Shown here one piece after another: positions 26,509 to 36,943 of a DNA stretch of 64,000 nucleotides. Positions within the stretch are counted from its first letter, which is position 1, and each line of letters starts with the position of its first letter. The stretch spans positions 35,027 through 99,026 of the forward strand of contig CAYOEZ010000001.1 in the NCBI GenBank assembly GCA_964402955.1, in the 5' to 3' direction. The position numbers were made by a program, and so were the translations under genes. This DNA is from an uncultured Ktedonobacterales bacterium (GTDB lineage Bacteria; Chloroflexota; DTOL01; DAOUCN01). Below the pieces are notes generated by a model that worked only from the letters and a program-made list of their open reading frames with translations, was not told the origin of the DNA and did no database searches.

Positions 26509-27993
26509 ATGGCTGGTGAGATACTCTACATCCACCCTTCGAAGATCGCCGTCGCGACTAAGGATTATTCCCAGATCGGAGTAGCCAGCCCATACGCGCT
26601 CATGCCCGTTGGCGTCATCGGTCTGGTGAACCTGCTGCGGGGGGCTGGCTTTGATGTGCAAGGGTTGAACTATCCGATCGAGGTCATCATTGATCGTTCT
26701 TTTGATCTGAAGAACTGGCTCAGGGCCCGTTCTGATGCCCGTCTGATCCTTATTGATCTGCACTGGTACGAGCACACTTTCGGCGCGTTCGATGTTGCCA
26801 GCCTTTGCAAGGCGACTCTGCCGCAGGCCTACATCGCCATGGGAGGCTTGACCGCTTCGATCTATGCCAAGGAGCTTCTGCGTCACTTCCGCGAGGTTGA
26901 CTACGTCATCCAGGGCGATGCGGAGGAGCCACTGCTGGCGCTGGCGCGCTTGGTCTGCCGGGGCGAAGGTGATCTAGCCAACATCCCTAATCTGGGCTAC
27001 CGGGACCACCGCGCGGTGAGACTGAACAAGCGCACCTACTGTGCCACGGCCGACGATCTGGACCGCCTGGACTTTGTGGACCTGTCGTTCTTGAGCCACG
27101 AGCGTGACTACGCTGAGATGCAGTATGCGAGTTCGGAGTGGGAGTCATCTGACCGGCGTGGGCACTGGCTGTGCAACGGGCGGGGCTGCTTCTACAACTG
27201 CGCCTTCTGCGGTGGCGGCGCCAACGTGCATCGCTCAATTGCCGGGCGGCAGGGTATCATCGCACGCTCGCCCGAGGTTGTCGTGCACGATATGGAACGC
27301 CTCGCCGAGCGGGGTGTTCAACAAATATCCCCCACCCTCGATCCGGCTATTATGGGTGAGGCCTACTGGCGAGCGCTTTTCAGCAGGATGCGCGAACACC
27401 GGGTGCGCATGGGCCTCAACATCGAGCATTTCCAGTTGCCCAGCATGGAGTTCTTCACTGCCTTCCTGGAGTCAGCCGATCTGGATCATTCGGAACTGGT
27501 TTTCTCGCCACTCTCTGGCTCGGAGCGCGTGCGCGCTCTCAACGGCAAGACCTATTCGAATCAAGCCTTGCTTGAGGCGCTCAGCTTCCTTGCGGCGCAC
27601 GAGGTTCCTGTGTACATCTACTTCTCGCTCAACCTGCCGGGAGAAACGATGCGTACTCTCGACGAGACCCTGACCCTGGCTCGCCGAATCTGCGATCTCT
27701 ATCCACCGCGGAAACTGCGGATGGCCAACATGTGCCACACGGTGGATCCAGCGTCACCGCTGGCTCAGCGACCTCGCGAGTACCAGGTCAGGGTGCAGTT
27801 CGATTCCTTGCTGGACTACTATGAGTATTGCCGGCAAACGCCGACGATTCAGCAGGGCGTCAGACTGGAAGCGTGGCGGGGTTTCCGTGCCCTGGACTAT
27901 CAGGCGCAACCGCTGGACCTCATGGCGCAACGCTGGGATCAATTCTGCAAGGGTCAGGCTGCGACCTGCAATCCTGTGCTGCGGGCATGGTAG
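26509..27993 (+). CDS. B12-binding-domain radical SAM protein (class B)
   Basis: The N-terminal Rossmann-like region (LMPVGVIGLVNLL...IDLHWYEH...AMGGLTAS) is typical of a cobalamin-binding domain. The radical SAM cluster motif is GRGCFYNCAFCGG (CX3CX2C). Confidence 0.85.
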   Translation: MAGEILYIHPSKIAVATKDYSQIGVASPYALMPVGVIGLVNLLRGAGFDVQGLNYPIEVIIDRSFDLKNWLRARSDARLILIDLHWYEHTFGAFDVASLCKATLPQAYIAMGGLTASIYAKELLRHFREVDYVIQGDAEEPLLALARLVCRGEGDLANIPNLGYRDHRAVRLNKRTYCATADDLDRLDFVDLSFLSHERDYAEMQYASSEWESSDRRGHWLCNGRGCFYNCAFCGGGANVHRSIAGRQGIIARSPEVVVHDMERLAERGVQQISPTLDPAIMGEAYWRALFSRMREHRVRMGLNIEHFQLPSMEFFTAFLESADLDHSELVFSPLSGSERVRALNGKTYSNQALLEALSFLAAHEVPVYIYFSLNLPGETMRTLDETLTLARRICDLYPPRKLRMANMCHTVDPASPLAQRPREYQVRVQFDSLLDYYEYCRQTPTIQQGVRLEAWRGFRALDYQAQPLDLMAQRWDQFCKGQAATCNPVLRAW

Positions 27994-28154
27994 CCTCGCA
28001 AGCAGCGGGTAGAGGCGTGGATGGTGGAGACACGCTATCCTGGGCTGCCTATGTACCGGCGCACCCGACTGGGGATCTTATGAACACGCAGTCACGATTG
28101 ACCAGATGGGATCAGAAGGTCAGGCCGTTTATAGCAGATGGACGAATGCAATGA

Positions 28155-28970
28155 GTGAGGCTGATGAAAAAGGGCATCTATGTGGACCGGCTGCCGGGAG
28201 GATTCTCGGAGGAGGGCTTTGCCCTCGCCACGGATGCCGGGTTTGACGGCATCGAGTTAGAAACGCTATTCGATGATGACTCTCGCCGCCGGGCAGCGCA
28301 GCTTGCCGTCCGCTACGGGCTAAGCGTTCCCAGCATTGTTAACATGCGGCACTGGCAGTGGCCTCTCTCCGATCCTGATGCCAACGTGCGGCGCCAGGGC
28401 TTCGAGGCAGTGCTGGCCTCGATTGAGACGGCTGTTGCTGTCGGCGCCGACACGGTGCTGCTGGTGCCTGCTATTGTGACACAGGACGTCTCTTATCGTG
28501 AGGCATGGACACGGTCTCAGGGGGAGATCGCTCAGCTTGTCAAGGTTGCTGAGGAGAAGAAGATCACGATTGCCTTGGAGAACGTGTTCAGTAACCGCTT
28601 TCTCTTCAGTCCGCTGGAGTTCGCTGACTATATTGACCAGTTTCGCAGTTCTGCCGTGGCGGCCTACTTTGATGTGGGCAACGTCTGCTTCTATGGCTTC
28701 GCGCGCGATTGGATCGCCACACTTGGAGCGCGCATCCGCCGGGTGCACGTCAAGGGCTTCGACGAGCGCACACGGCAGATCACTCTGTCGCTCTTAGACG
28801 GCACGCTCAACTGGCCGGCCATCATGTCTGCTTTGCGCAACACAGGCTACGACGGATGGCTCATCGCCGAGCCGCCGCCCAAGGGCCCGCGCGGTTCCGA
28901 TGCGCCGCATGAGTCCATCTACGCGCTCAGCAAAGAGATGCACAGAATTATCGTGGGGTTGAGCGCGTAG
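28155..28970 (+). CDS. sugar phosphate isomerase/epimerase (xylose isomerase-like TIM barrel)
   Basis: 271 aa. The pattern GFDGIEL...VPAIV...ITIALEN...YFDVGN...VHVKG is typical of AP_endonuc_2/IolE-IolI-like TIM barrels. GTG start, with an alternative ATG at 28164. Confidence 0.85.
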   Translation: MRLMKKGIYVDRLPGGFSEEGFALATDAGFDGIELETLFDDDSRRRAAQLAVRYGLSVPSIVNMRHWQWPLSDPDANVRRQGFEAVLASIETAVAVGADTVLLVPAIVTQDVSYREAWTRSQGEIAQLVKVAEEKKITIALENVFSNRFLFSPLEFADYIDQFRSSAVAAYFDVGNVCFYGFARDWIATLGARIRRVHVKGFDERTRQITLSLLDGTLNWPAIMSALRNTGYDGWLIAEPPPKGPRGSDAPHESIYALSKEMHRIIVGLSA

Positions 28971-29005
28971 CACGGCAAAGCGCCCCCTGACGCGTGTAGA
29001 GGAGA

Positions 29006-30112
29006 GTGTATGTGAAAAAAGTCAAGTACGCGATCGTCGGCTGTGGGTCTGTGTCGGGGAACCGCTACTTTCCCAACGTGCGCTCCATCGAGCGTGGGCA
29101 GTTGGCGGCCGTGTGCGACAACGTCATCGAGCGCGCCCGGCCGCGCGCTGAAGAGTTCGGCGTCCCATGCTTCACAGACGTTGACGAACTGCTGGCCCAG
29201 GGCGACTTTGACCTGCTGGTCAACCTCACGCACGAGCAGATGCACTTCGATCTGAACCTGCGCGCATTGCAGGCAGGGAAACACGTCTACACTCAGAAGC
29301 CGATGGCAACCACCGTGGTCGAGGCGACGGCGCTTATCGACGAGGCTGCCAGGCGCAACCTCAAGCTGGTGGCAGAAGAAGTGCGTCCTATCTTCCTGGT
29401 CAACCGGACCATTCGCAAGCTCATTGACGATGGAGTCATCGGAAAGGTGGTCTGGGCCAGAGCGACCTGTACCCATTGGGGGCCCGCCATCATTGACAAC
29501 TGGCCCACCGATCCAACCGGCAAGTACAAAAAGGGCGCGGGCCCCCTGCGTGATCCGGGGGTTGAACGGTTGCACCTGCTCACCTCGCTCTTGGGGCCTG
29601 CCCGCCGGGTCTCGGCCATGTCGGGCATCAACCAACCAGAGGTTGTCGTGCGCGGGGGGCCCAACATGGGCATGCGCATAAAAGTCGAGGAAGACGACAT
29701 TACATTGCTTACCCTCGACTTCGGCAACGCTGTCTTTGCTATGATCGACACGGCCTGGGTCAACACAAGGGCGACCCTGACGCCGCCGCTGGAGATTTAC
29801 GGGCAGAAGGGCGTCATTACCCATATGAGCGGGCCCAGCCGTGAGCCAGGGCAGATGGACTTTGACCTGCGTCTCTATCGTGACGAGCCTGCGCTCGGTG
29901 TGCGCGGCTGGACCGAAGTTATGCCCATACCGCCTCTGAAGCCAGATCCCAGCGTTGCTATCGCCGGCCTGGTTCATGCAATTGACTGCATCCTCGATGA
30001 CAAAAAGCCTATCCCTGGCGGTGAACATGCGCGCCACTGCATCGAGATTATAGAAAAGGCGTTTATCGCTGCTCGCATGGGAATGACGCAAGACATCGAG
30101 ACAACATTCTAG
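29006..30112 (+). CDS. Gfo/Idh/MocA-family oxidoreductase
   Basis: Contains KYAIVGCGSVSGNRY and an EKP-like motif YTQKPMA. About 70% identical by eye to the 34380-35480 product. Confidence 0.9.
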   Translation: MYVKKVKYAIVGCGSVSGNRYFPNVRSIERGQLAAVCDNVIERARPRAEEFGVPCFTDVDELLAQGDFDLLVNLTHEQMHFDLNLRALQAGKHVYTQKPMATTVVEATALIDEAARRNLKLVAEEVRPIFLVNRTIRKLIDDGVIGKVVWARATCTHWGPAIIDNWPTDPTGKYKKGAGPLRDPGVERLHLLTSLLGPARRVSAMSGINQPEVVVRGGPNMGMRIKVEEDDITLLTLDFGNAVFAMIDTAWVNTRATLTPPLEIYGQKGVITHMSGPSREPGQMDFDLRLYRDEPALGVRGWTEVMPIPPLKPDPSVAIAGLVHAIDCILDDKKPIPGGEHARHCIEIIEKAFIAARMGMTQDIETTF

Positions 30113-30172
30113 AGTACAAGGCTGCCGGTTGCTTGAGATCGCCGGGGCGGCCGGACTCCGAGAGGCAACAAG

Positions 30173-30898
30173 ATGCCGTTTGTTCGAGTACACGACTACG
30201 ACATGTACTACGAGGACCAGGGGCAGGGGGAGCCGCTGTTGCTGGTGCATGGGGGCATGGGCTCCAGCAAGGCCTTTGCCCCGTACATGCAGGTGTACGC
30301 CCGGCGCTATCGTGTCATCGTGCCCGAGCGCAAGGGGCATGGGCGCTCTACGGGGATAGCTGACTTCCCACCCGACTTCCTGCGCCGCGACGCGTTGCAC
30401 CTGGCTGATTTCATCAGCGGCCTGGGGCTGAAGCAGGTGCGGTTTTTCGGGCACAGCGACGGCGGCTCGATCGGCCTTCATCTGGCAATTGAGCGGCCTA
30501 ACGTGGTGCGGGCGATGGTGCTTCTGGCGGCCCATTCCCATGCCGAGACAAAGACGCTGCAGGGCCTGCGCCTTGGTCATGAGGCCGGTTGTACGCCAGA
30601 ACGGCGAGCGCAGAGTGATCCCAAGCAGTACGACCTGACCATGGCCTGGTTCAGGCACTGGCTGAACCCCGCTGGCGGCACGATAGATGTGCGCGGGACA
30701 ATGGCGCACATCTGCTGCCCCACCTTGGTGATCCAGGGGATGGAGGACGCGTACGCCACGCAGGCGCACGCCGAGGACATCGCCCGCGCCATTCCTGGGG
30801 CGGAGCTTTGGCTGATACCCGGCGGAAGCCACTCGCCGCGAGAGGCTCGTGAAGAGCAGTTTGACCAGCGCGTGCTCGAGTTCCTATCAAAGCACTAG
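30173..30898 (+). CDS. alpha/beta hydrolase
   Basis: HG oxyanion motif LLLVHGGMGS and nucleophile elbow GHSDGG. The C-terminal His lies in GGSHSP. Confidence 0.9.
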   Translation: MPFVRVHDYDMYYEDQGQGEPLLLVHGGMGSSKAFAPYMQVYARRYRVIVPERKGHGRSTGIADFPPDFLRRDALHLADFISGLGLKQVRFFGHSDGGSIGLHLAIERPNVVRAMVLLAAHSHAETKTLQGLRLGHEAGCTPERRAQSDPKQYDLTMAWFRHWLNPAGGTIDVRGTMAHICCPTLVIQGMEDAYATQAHAEDIARAIPGAELWLIPGGSHSPREAREEQFDQRVLEFLSKH

Positions 30899-31016
30899 GA
30901 CGTCAGGCAGCAGCGGGGGGGCGCTCTGTCAATCAAGGTGAGAACATCAGGATCTTCTTTGCGGCAGCTCACGCATTCGGCCGCATGGATAGCAGGGGAT
31001 AGTCACATGACCGACC

Positions 31017-32090
31017 ATGCTTGATATAGTCGCCAAACCAGACTGGGAAGGGCTACTGCGCAACCTGCGGCGAGAAGGGACTCCGCAGCGGGTCTACCAC
31101 ATGGAGCTTTTTCTCGACGTGGAGGTGCGTGAGGCGCTGCAGGAGCGTTTCGGGTTGGCCGATGGCTTGGACCGCGCCGATCCGTACTACGCACACAAGG
31201 CGCTCATCGCCCTGTACCGCTTCCTGGGCTACGACATGCTGCGGCCGCCCGTGGGAGGCCTGAGCATCTCTGCTCTGCACAAAGCGGTGGCAGATACCGC
31301 GGTATTGCCCAAGGCAGGCGGCCGCGGCTTCCGCGACGATGCCCACGGGCCAATCGCATCGTGGCAAGACTTTGAGCGCTACCCCTGGCCCGATCCAGCC
31401 AGGTTCGACACTCGGGTGCTGGAGTGGTACGCGGCCAACACGCCTGACGACATGTGCCTGGCAGGCAGTTGCCACCAGGTGTTCGACTACACGTGTGCCC
31501 TCATGGGTTTGCAGGGGCTATGCTTTGCGCTGTATGAGCAGCCGGATCTGGTTGATGCGGTCATCGAGCGGGTGGGCAGCCTCCTGTTGGCGGCCGCTCA
31601 GGTTTATCTGCAGTGCGATCGCGTCAAGGCGCTCTTTGACGGTGACGATCTGGGACACCGTACGGCCACCCTGGTCAGCCCAAAGGTACTGATAGACAAG
31701 GTTTTGCCCTGGCACAAGAAGATTGCTGCTCTGGCCCACGAGCACGGCGCCCTGTACCTGCTGCACTCCTGCGGCAACATCGCAGCCATCATGCCGGCGC
31801 TGATCGAGGATGTGCAGATTGACGGACGGCACTCGTTCGAGGATGCCATCGAGCCGGTGACGGAGGCCAAGCGGCGCTGGGGCGACCGCCTGGCGCTCAT
31901 CGGCGGCCTCGATGTGGATTTTCTGACCAGGGCCACGCCGCAGCAGGTGCGGCAGCGGGTGCGCGAGACTTTAGATGTGTGCATGCCAGGCGGCGGCTAC
32001 TGCCTGGGCAGCGGCAACAGCGTGACCAACTACATTCCGTTGCACAATTATCTGGCCATGGTGGACGAAGGCCGGCGCTACACGGCATAA
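31017..32090 (+). CDS. uroporphyrinogen decarboxylase (URO-D)/MtaA-like family protein
   Basis: C-terminal blocks LLHSCGNI...IGGLDVDFL..GTPQQVRQRVRETL...GGGYCLGSGNSV are typical of URO-D-fold methyltransferase/decarboxylase proteins. Confidence 0.8.
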   Translation: MLDIVAKPDWEGLLRNLRREGTPQRVYHMELFLDVEVREALQERFGLADGLDRADPYYAHKALIALYRFLGYDMLRPPVGGLSISALHKAVADTAVLPKAGGRGFRDDAHGPIASWQDFERYPWPDPARFDTRVLEWYAANTPDDMCLAGSCHQVFDYTCALMGLQGLCFALYEQPDLVDAVIERVGSLLLAAAQVYLQCDRVKALFDGDDLGHRTATLVSPKVLIDKVLPWHKKIAALAHEHGALYLLHSCGNIAAIMPALIEDVQIDGRHSFEDAIEPVTEAKRRWGDRLALIGGLDVDFLTRATPQQVRQRVRETLDVCMPGGGYCLGSGNSVTNYIPLHNYLAMVDEGRRYTA

Positions 32091-32117
32091 TCAAGTAACA
32101 TTCGGAGGCGAGATACG

Positions 32118-33275
32118 ATGACGGCAATGACGTCCAAAGACCGACTCCTGGCCGCTATCAGACATAAAGAGGCAGATCGAGTGCCGGTGGCTCCGCGCAT
32201 GCACCTGTGGGCAGCAGAGCAGTACAAGTCATACGATTGGCCCATGCAATTGCGGCTCTTCGGGGAGTTCGGCTGCGACGCGCTGGTGGATGTGGACTAC
32301 AATCTGCCCTCCTATGTGCCCTACGTCTTCTCCGGCGACTACCGGGATCTGGACCGGGTCTCCGTGGACTTGACGATCGAGAACAATGGCGAGGCCAACC
32401 TGATCAAGCGTCGCTTTCACACGCCCGCCGGCGACCTCACCGACCAGATTCTGCAAGGGCATCCCTGGAGCGGGCACGGCATCAGCCCCAGTCCAACCGT
32501 CCAGGAGCCGCTGGTCAAGAGTCTCAAGGACGTGGAGAAGATACCCTTCATCTTGCCCGACCCGGATACCTGCAGGAGCAATGTGTGGCCGGAGATCATC
32601 AAGATCATCGGCAACCGGGGGCTGCTACAGGTGCACCCACGCGGCATGCTCAGCGGCATGACCGCCTTCCTGGGCATGTCTGAGTGCATGATGGCCTTCT
32701 ATGATGATCGTGAGATGTTCGACAGCTTGCTGCGGGTCTTGGCCGAGCACTACCAGAAGATGACGCGGCGCATCCTGGAATGGGGCGCGGAGATTGTCTT
32801 CAGCAGTTGGCACAACTTCGGCGTCAGTTCCGGCTGGTCGCCCCATATCTTCCGTGAGGCATTCATGCCGGTGATCAAGGACCACATAGACCTGGTGCAC
32901 TCCTACGGCGCGCTCTACAACTACTTTGACAATGGCAAGGTCATGCCCATCATCGAGGACATCGGCAGCCTGGGCCCGGACATCATCTCGTCCCTGTGCC
33001 CGCCCACGGTGGGCGACGTCGATCTGGCACAGGTGAAACAACTGATCGGTGACCGTGTCTGTCTACACGGCAATGTGGATGCCATCCTGGTCGTGCAGCA
33101 AGGCACGCCGGCGCAGGTCCGAGACGCCGTGCGCGAGGCCATCCGCATTGGCGCGCCGGGTGGAGGGTTCATCCTGGGCAACAGCGACGCCTTCTTCATG
33201 GACACGCCGCGCCAGAACATCGAGGCGTTCTTCGCCGCAGCAAAGGAATTCGGCGCCTATCCGATCAAACTGTAG
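32118..33275 (+). CDS. URO-D/MtaA-like family protein
   Basis: Contains KEADRVPVAP, LHGNVDAILVVQQGTPAQVRDAVREAI and GGGFILGNSDAF. Confidence 0.8.
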   Translation: MTAMTSKDRLLAAIRHKEADRVPVAPRMHLWAAEQYKSYDWPMQLRLFGEFGCDALVDVDYNLPSYVPYVFSGDYRDLDRVSVDLTIENNGEANLIKRRFHTPAGDLTDQILQGHPWSGHGISPSPTVQEPLVKSLKDVEKIPFILPDPDTCRSNVWPEIIKIIGNRGLLQVHPRGMLSGMTAFLGMSECMMAFYDDREMFDSLLRVLAEHYQKMTRRILEWGAEIVFSSWHNFGVSSGWSPHIFREAFMPVIKDHIDLVHSYGALYNYFDNGKVMPIIEDIGSLGPDIISSLCPPTVGDVDLAQVKQLIGDRVCLHGNVDAILVVQQGTPAQVRDAVREAIRIGAPGGGFILGNSDAFFMDTPRQNIEAFFAAAKEFGAYPIKL

Positions 33276-33407
33276 GGACGGTTTCAGCGCGGAGGCGCCG
33301 TACACGGCTATGGTGCACCTTATGCACCGATGTTCAGCCACACAACTGCCTTCCGCAAGCCTGGTGGCCTGTAGGAAGGCGGAAAATAACCAAGGGAGGA
33401 ACAAGCA

Positions 33408-34367
33408 ATGCCACCGAAATTGGGGTTGTACAGCATCACGTACGCCGGTATGTGGTACGACGGACCGGCGCTCAGCCTGAAGGAGTTCATGGATCGGGCC
33501 AAGAAGCACGGCGTCGAGGGTGTGGAGTTCGACTGCCGCGCTCCACACGCCGTGCCCTACCTGCTGAAGCCACGCGACCGCAAGGAGCTGGTGGACCACG
33601 CGACCAAACTGGGCCTGAATATCTGCGCCCTGGCCGCCAACAATGATTTCTCCAGTCCCGTCACCGAGCATCGCGAAGCCAACATCCAGATGGTCGTCGA
33701 GATGATCCACCTGTGCAAGGACCTGGGCGCACCCGTCCTGCGCATCTTCACCGCCTGGATGGGCAGCAGCAAGCGTGATGGCATGGGCACTTACGAGATC
33801 TCTCGCCCCGGCTACGAGCGTGCTTTCCCCGACACCACGTTCACGGAGCGCTATCAATACTGCCTGGATGCCTTCAAGATCATCACCAAGTTCGCCGAAG
33901 ACGATGGCGTGATTCTGGCGTTGCAAAACCACCCCCCGGTTGTCCGCAATAGCGCCGACTGCATGACGATGGCGGATGAGGTGAACTCCCCTAACTTCTG
34001 CCTGTCCTTCGACATCTCAGGCGAGAGGGCGTGGCAGAGCAGCGAATGGGTGCTGAACCAGGCGCATGTCATCGGCAAGCGCTGGGTGCACAGCCACTAT
34101 GGCGGCGACTTCAAGCGTAACCCCGACGGCAAGCTCGTGCGTGTGCCCTTGGGGCGTCCGCTGAGCCCCGGCGGCGACACGAACGATGAGGCGTGGGTGC
34201 AGAGCATGTTCGAGAACAACTTCGGCGGATTTGTCAACTATGAAGGCTGCACGCCCACCTACACGTCCAAGGGGCGGTTGAACCCCATCGAAGTGATGGA
34301 AAAGCGCACTGACCTGGCGCTCGACTACATGCGGCAACTTTTCACCAAATACGGCTCGAAAAAGTGA
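33408..34367 (+). CDS. sugar phosphate isomerase/epimerase (xylose isomerase-like TIM barrel)
   Basis: 319 aa. Contains HGVEGVEFD, LRIFTAW and LALQNHP, typical of the family. GGAGGAA RBS. Confidence 0.85.
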   Translation: MPPKLGLYSITYAGMWYDGPALSLKEFMDRAKKHGVEGVEFDCRAPHAVPYLLKPRDRKELVDHATKLGLNICALAANNDFSSPVTEHREANIQMVVEMIHLCKDLGAPVLRIFTAWMGSSKRDGMGTYEISRPGYERAFPDTTFTERYQYCLDAFKIITKFAEDDGVILALQNHPPVVRNSADCMTMADEVNSPNFCLSFDISGERAWQSSEWVLNQAHVIGKRWVHSHYGGDFKRNPDGKLVRVPLGRPLSPGGDTNDEAWVQSMFENNFGGFVNYEGCTPTYTSKGRLNPIEVMEKRTDLALDYMRQLFTKYGSKK

Positions 34368-34379
34368 GGATGATGAGTC

Positions 34380-35480
34380 ATGGAAAAGGTTAAGTATGCT
34401 GTTGTGGGCTGCGGCTCTGTTTCCTGGAACCGCTACTGGCCCCGCGTGCCCGACATCACCCGAGGGCAGCTCGTAGCGACCTGCGATGCGTCCGAAGAGC
34501 GGGCAAAGCGGCCAGCCGACATGTACAAGGTACCCTACTTTACAAACGTTGACGAGATGCTGGAAAAAGTGGACTTCGACCTCCTGGTCAACCTGACCAA
34601 CGATCAGGTGCACTATCCCCTGAGTCTCAAGGGTTTGCAGGCCGGCAAGCACGTCTACACGCAAAAGCCGATGACGGTGACTGTTGAGCAGGCCACCACG
34701 TTGATCGAGGAGGCAGCCAGGCGCAAGCTTAAGCTCGTCTCCGAGGAAGCAGCGGCCCTCTTCCTGCTCTATCGTACGATGCGCAAGCTCCTGGATGAGG
34801 GCGTGCTGGGCAAAGTGGTGTGGGCGCGTGCAACCTGCACGCATTGGGGGCCGGCGACGATAGACAACTGGCCGACCGACCCGGCCTGGTTCTACGCCAA
34901 GGGCGGCGGGCCGCTACGCGATGTCGGCATCGAGCGCCTGCATGCCCTGACCTATCTCCTTGGCCCCTGCAAGCGCGTGTCGGCCATGTCTGGCATTAAC
35001 CAGCCAGAGGTGGTCGTGCGTGGCGGGCCCAACAAAGGCAAGCTGGTCAAGGTCGAGGAAGACGATGTGACGCTGTTGACGCTTGACTTCGGAGATTCGA
35101 CCTTTGCCATGCTCGACGCAGTCTGGGTCAACCAGCGTGCGACCTTGACGCCATCCTTGGAGATCTACGGCCAGAAAGGCGTCATGACGATCATGAAGGG
35201 GGCGGGCCGCGACCCAGGGCAGCGCGACTTCGATCTGCGGCTCTACCGTGACGAGCCGGGGCTGGGGGTGCGGGGATGGACGCAAGTCGAGGCCATCCCG
35301 CCGCTCACGCCGGAGCCGAGCGTCGCCATCACCGGGCTTGTCCACGCCATTGACTGCATTCTGGATGACAAGAAGCCCATCCTGAGCGGAGAACACGCTC
35401 GCCACTGCATCGAGATCATGGAGAAGTCATACCTGGCTGCCCGCACCGGCACGATTCAGACAATCGTTCATACCTTCTAG
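34380..35480 (+). CDS. Gfo/Idh/MocA-family oxidoreductase (paralog of 29006-30112)
   Basis: Contains KYAVVGCGSVSWNRY and YTQKPMT. Long identical blocks are shared with the paralog, for example VVWARATCTHWGP, SAMSGINQPEVVVRGGPN and GLVHAIDCILDDKKPI. Confidence 0.9.
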   Translation: MEKVKYAVVGCGSVSWNRYWPRVPDITRGQLVATCDASEERAKRPADMYKVPYFTNVDEMLEKVDFDLLVNLTNDQVHYPLSLKGLQAGKHVYTQKPMTVTVEQATTLIEEAARRKLKLVSEEAAALFLLYRTMRKLLDEGVLGKVVWARATCTHWGPATIDNWPTDPAWFYAKGGGPLRDVGIERLHALTYLLGPCKRVSAMSGINQPEVVVRGGPNKGKLVKVEEDDVTLLTLDFGDSTFAMLDAVWVNQRATLTPSLEIYGQKGVMTIMKGAGRDPGQRDFDLRLYRDEPGLGVRGWTQVEAIPPLTPEPSVAITGLVHAIDCILDDKKPILSGEHARHCIEIMEKSYLAARTGTIQTIVHTF

Positions 35481-35571
35481 CGCCATCGTTTGCACTGTCA
35501 TAGAGGCGGGCCGGACCGGCCTCATAGAGACGGGACCGGCCCGTTGCTATCCCCAGATAGAGGAACAATAG

Positions 35572-36936
35572 ATGAACGTAATCGGCTCTTACACCCAGAA
35601 GATGGCCGCCTTCGCGGCCGGCTACCGCTACGAAGACCTCCCTGCGGAGGCCGTCGCTTTGGCGCGCAAGATAGTTCTCGATACTATCGGCGCTATCCTC
35701 CTTGGATCTCGGCCTGACTACAAGTCGGTTTGGGTTCTGGGCGACCTGGCTCGTGAGGAGGGGGGACCAGCCCAGTGCACCGTTTTCGGGCGTGACTTCA
35801 AGACGCCGCTCCTGGCTGCCAGCCTCGCCAACGGCACCATGGGTTACTCCGCCGATGCCGAGGGTGCCGGCGCGGCCCGCATGCATGCGGCCGCCGTCTT
35901 TGTTCCCACGGTGCTCACCGTGGGCGAGTACACCCATGCCTCCGGCAAGGAGATGATTGCGGCCCTCGCTCTGGCCTACGACGTGGCCTGCCGTATCTCC
36001 GACGCGGCCGATTCAGGTGTCCCTTACGTCCATTCCTTCCACCCTTCTGCCGTCTTTGGTCACTTCGGCGCCGCCGCGGGCGCGGGGTACCTCTTCAAGC
36101 TGGAAGAGATGCAATGGGTCAATGCGCTGGGCCTGGCGGGCATCAACGCTACCGGCATGATTGCCTGGCTGGACGACCCGACTGAGGACTCCCGCGGCTT
36201 CGTCATCGGCGTGGCGGCGCAGAGTGGAACCCGGGCTGCGCTGCTGGCTAAGAAGGGAATGGGCGGCCCGGTCCGCATCCTGGACGACACCAAGTACACG
36301 ATCTACGACGCCTACTCAGACGCGATGCACCTGGAAAAGTTGACGGAAGGGATGGGCGCCAGATTCCGCATCCTGGAGGCGGTGGACTTCAAGCTCTATC
36401 CCTGCTGCGGCGACATCCACAGCGGCCTCGACGCCCTCCTGTCCATCCGTGAGCAACATCACCTCCAGGCAGACGACATTGTCAGCGTCACCCATTGGGT
36501 CAGGCCCTTGCGCCATAAGGTGATAGATAACAACCCCCTCAAGTCTCACAACGCGCAATACATCATGGCGGTGGCGGCCGTGAATGGGGGAATAGATCCC
36601 AACGACATCCTGACGGATCGGAGGTCCGATGCGCGCATTGCGCAACTGTACTCCCAGACCCGCCTGCTCCCTGAGCCGCTTCTGAGTGAGATTCCCTACG
36701 GCGCGCCGGCCATCGTAGAAGTGCGGACGCGCGATGGGCGAACCTTCAAGGAGCGGGTCATCGATCGCAAGGGGACTGCTCAGAATCCCTTCACGGACGA
36801 GGAGTTGCGAGAGAAGTTCCTGCGCTGGGCAACGACGCGCATCAGTGAGGCCCAGGCTCGGCGCATCATCGAATTGACCGGTTGTCTGGAGGAACTGGAG
36901 GATGTGGGCGAGTTGGTGGGTTTGCTCGCTGCCTGA
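35572..36936 (+). CDS. MmgE/PrpD-family protein (paralog 2)
   Basis: 454 aa with the same conserved blocks as paralog 1 (NGTMGYSADAEG, HPSAVFG, YPCCGDIHSG). Confidence 0.9.
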   Translation: MNVIGSYTQKMAAFAAGYRYEDLPAEAVALARKIVLDTIGAILLGSRPDYKSVWVLGDLAREEGGPAQCTVFGRDFKTPLLAASLANGTMGYSADAEGAGAARMHAAAVFVPTVLTVGEYTHASGKEMIAALALAYDVACRISDAADSGVPYVHSFHPSAVFGHFGAAAGAGYLFKLEEMQWVNALGLAGINATGMIAWLDDPTEDSRGFVIGVAAQSGTRAALLAKKGMGGPVRILDDTKYTIYDAYSDAMHLEKLTEGMGARFRILEAVDFKLYPCCGDIHSGLDALLSIREQHHLQADDIVSVTHWVRPLRHKVIDNNPLKSHNAQYIMAVAAVNGGIDPNDILTDRRSDARIAQLYSQTRLLPEPLLSEIPYGAPAIVEVRTRDGRTFKERVIDRKGTAQNPFTDEELREKFLRWATTRISEAQARRIIELTGCLEELEDVGELVGLLAA

Positions 36937-36943
36937 GTCTATG
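36788..36943 (+). repeat. 156-bp direct repeat, copy 1 (3' end of PrpD paralog 2 plus 7 nt downstream)
   Basis: Aligns without gaps to 40215-40370 with 7 mismatches by my count, about 95% identity. Confidence 0.9.

Noticed and set aside
28919-30832. 637-aa minus-strand ORF, plus similar long antisense ORFs at 8608-9912, 14562-15539, 19415-20407, 34017-34844, 48041-49195 and 50624-51475
   Set aside because: They lie entirely antisense to well-supported plus-strand genes with clear family motifs. Their products are Arg/Gly/Ala/Pro-rich with no motifs. These are typical high-GC shadow ORFs.
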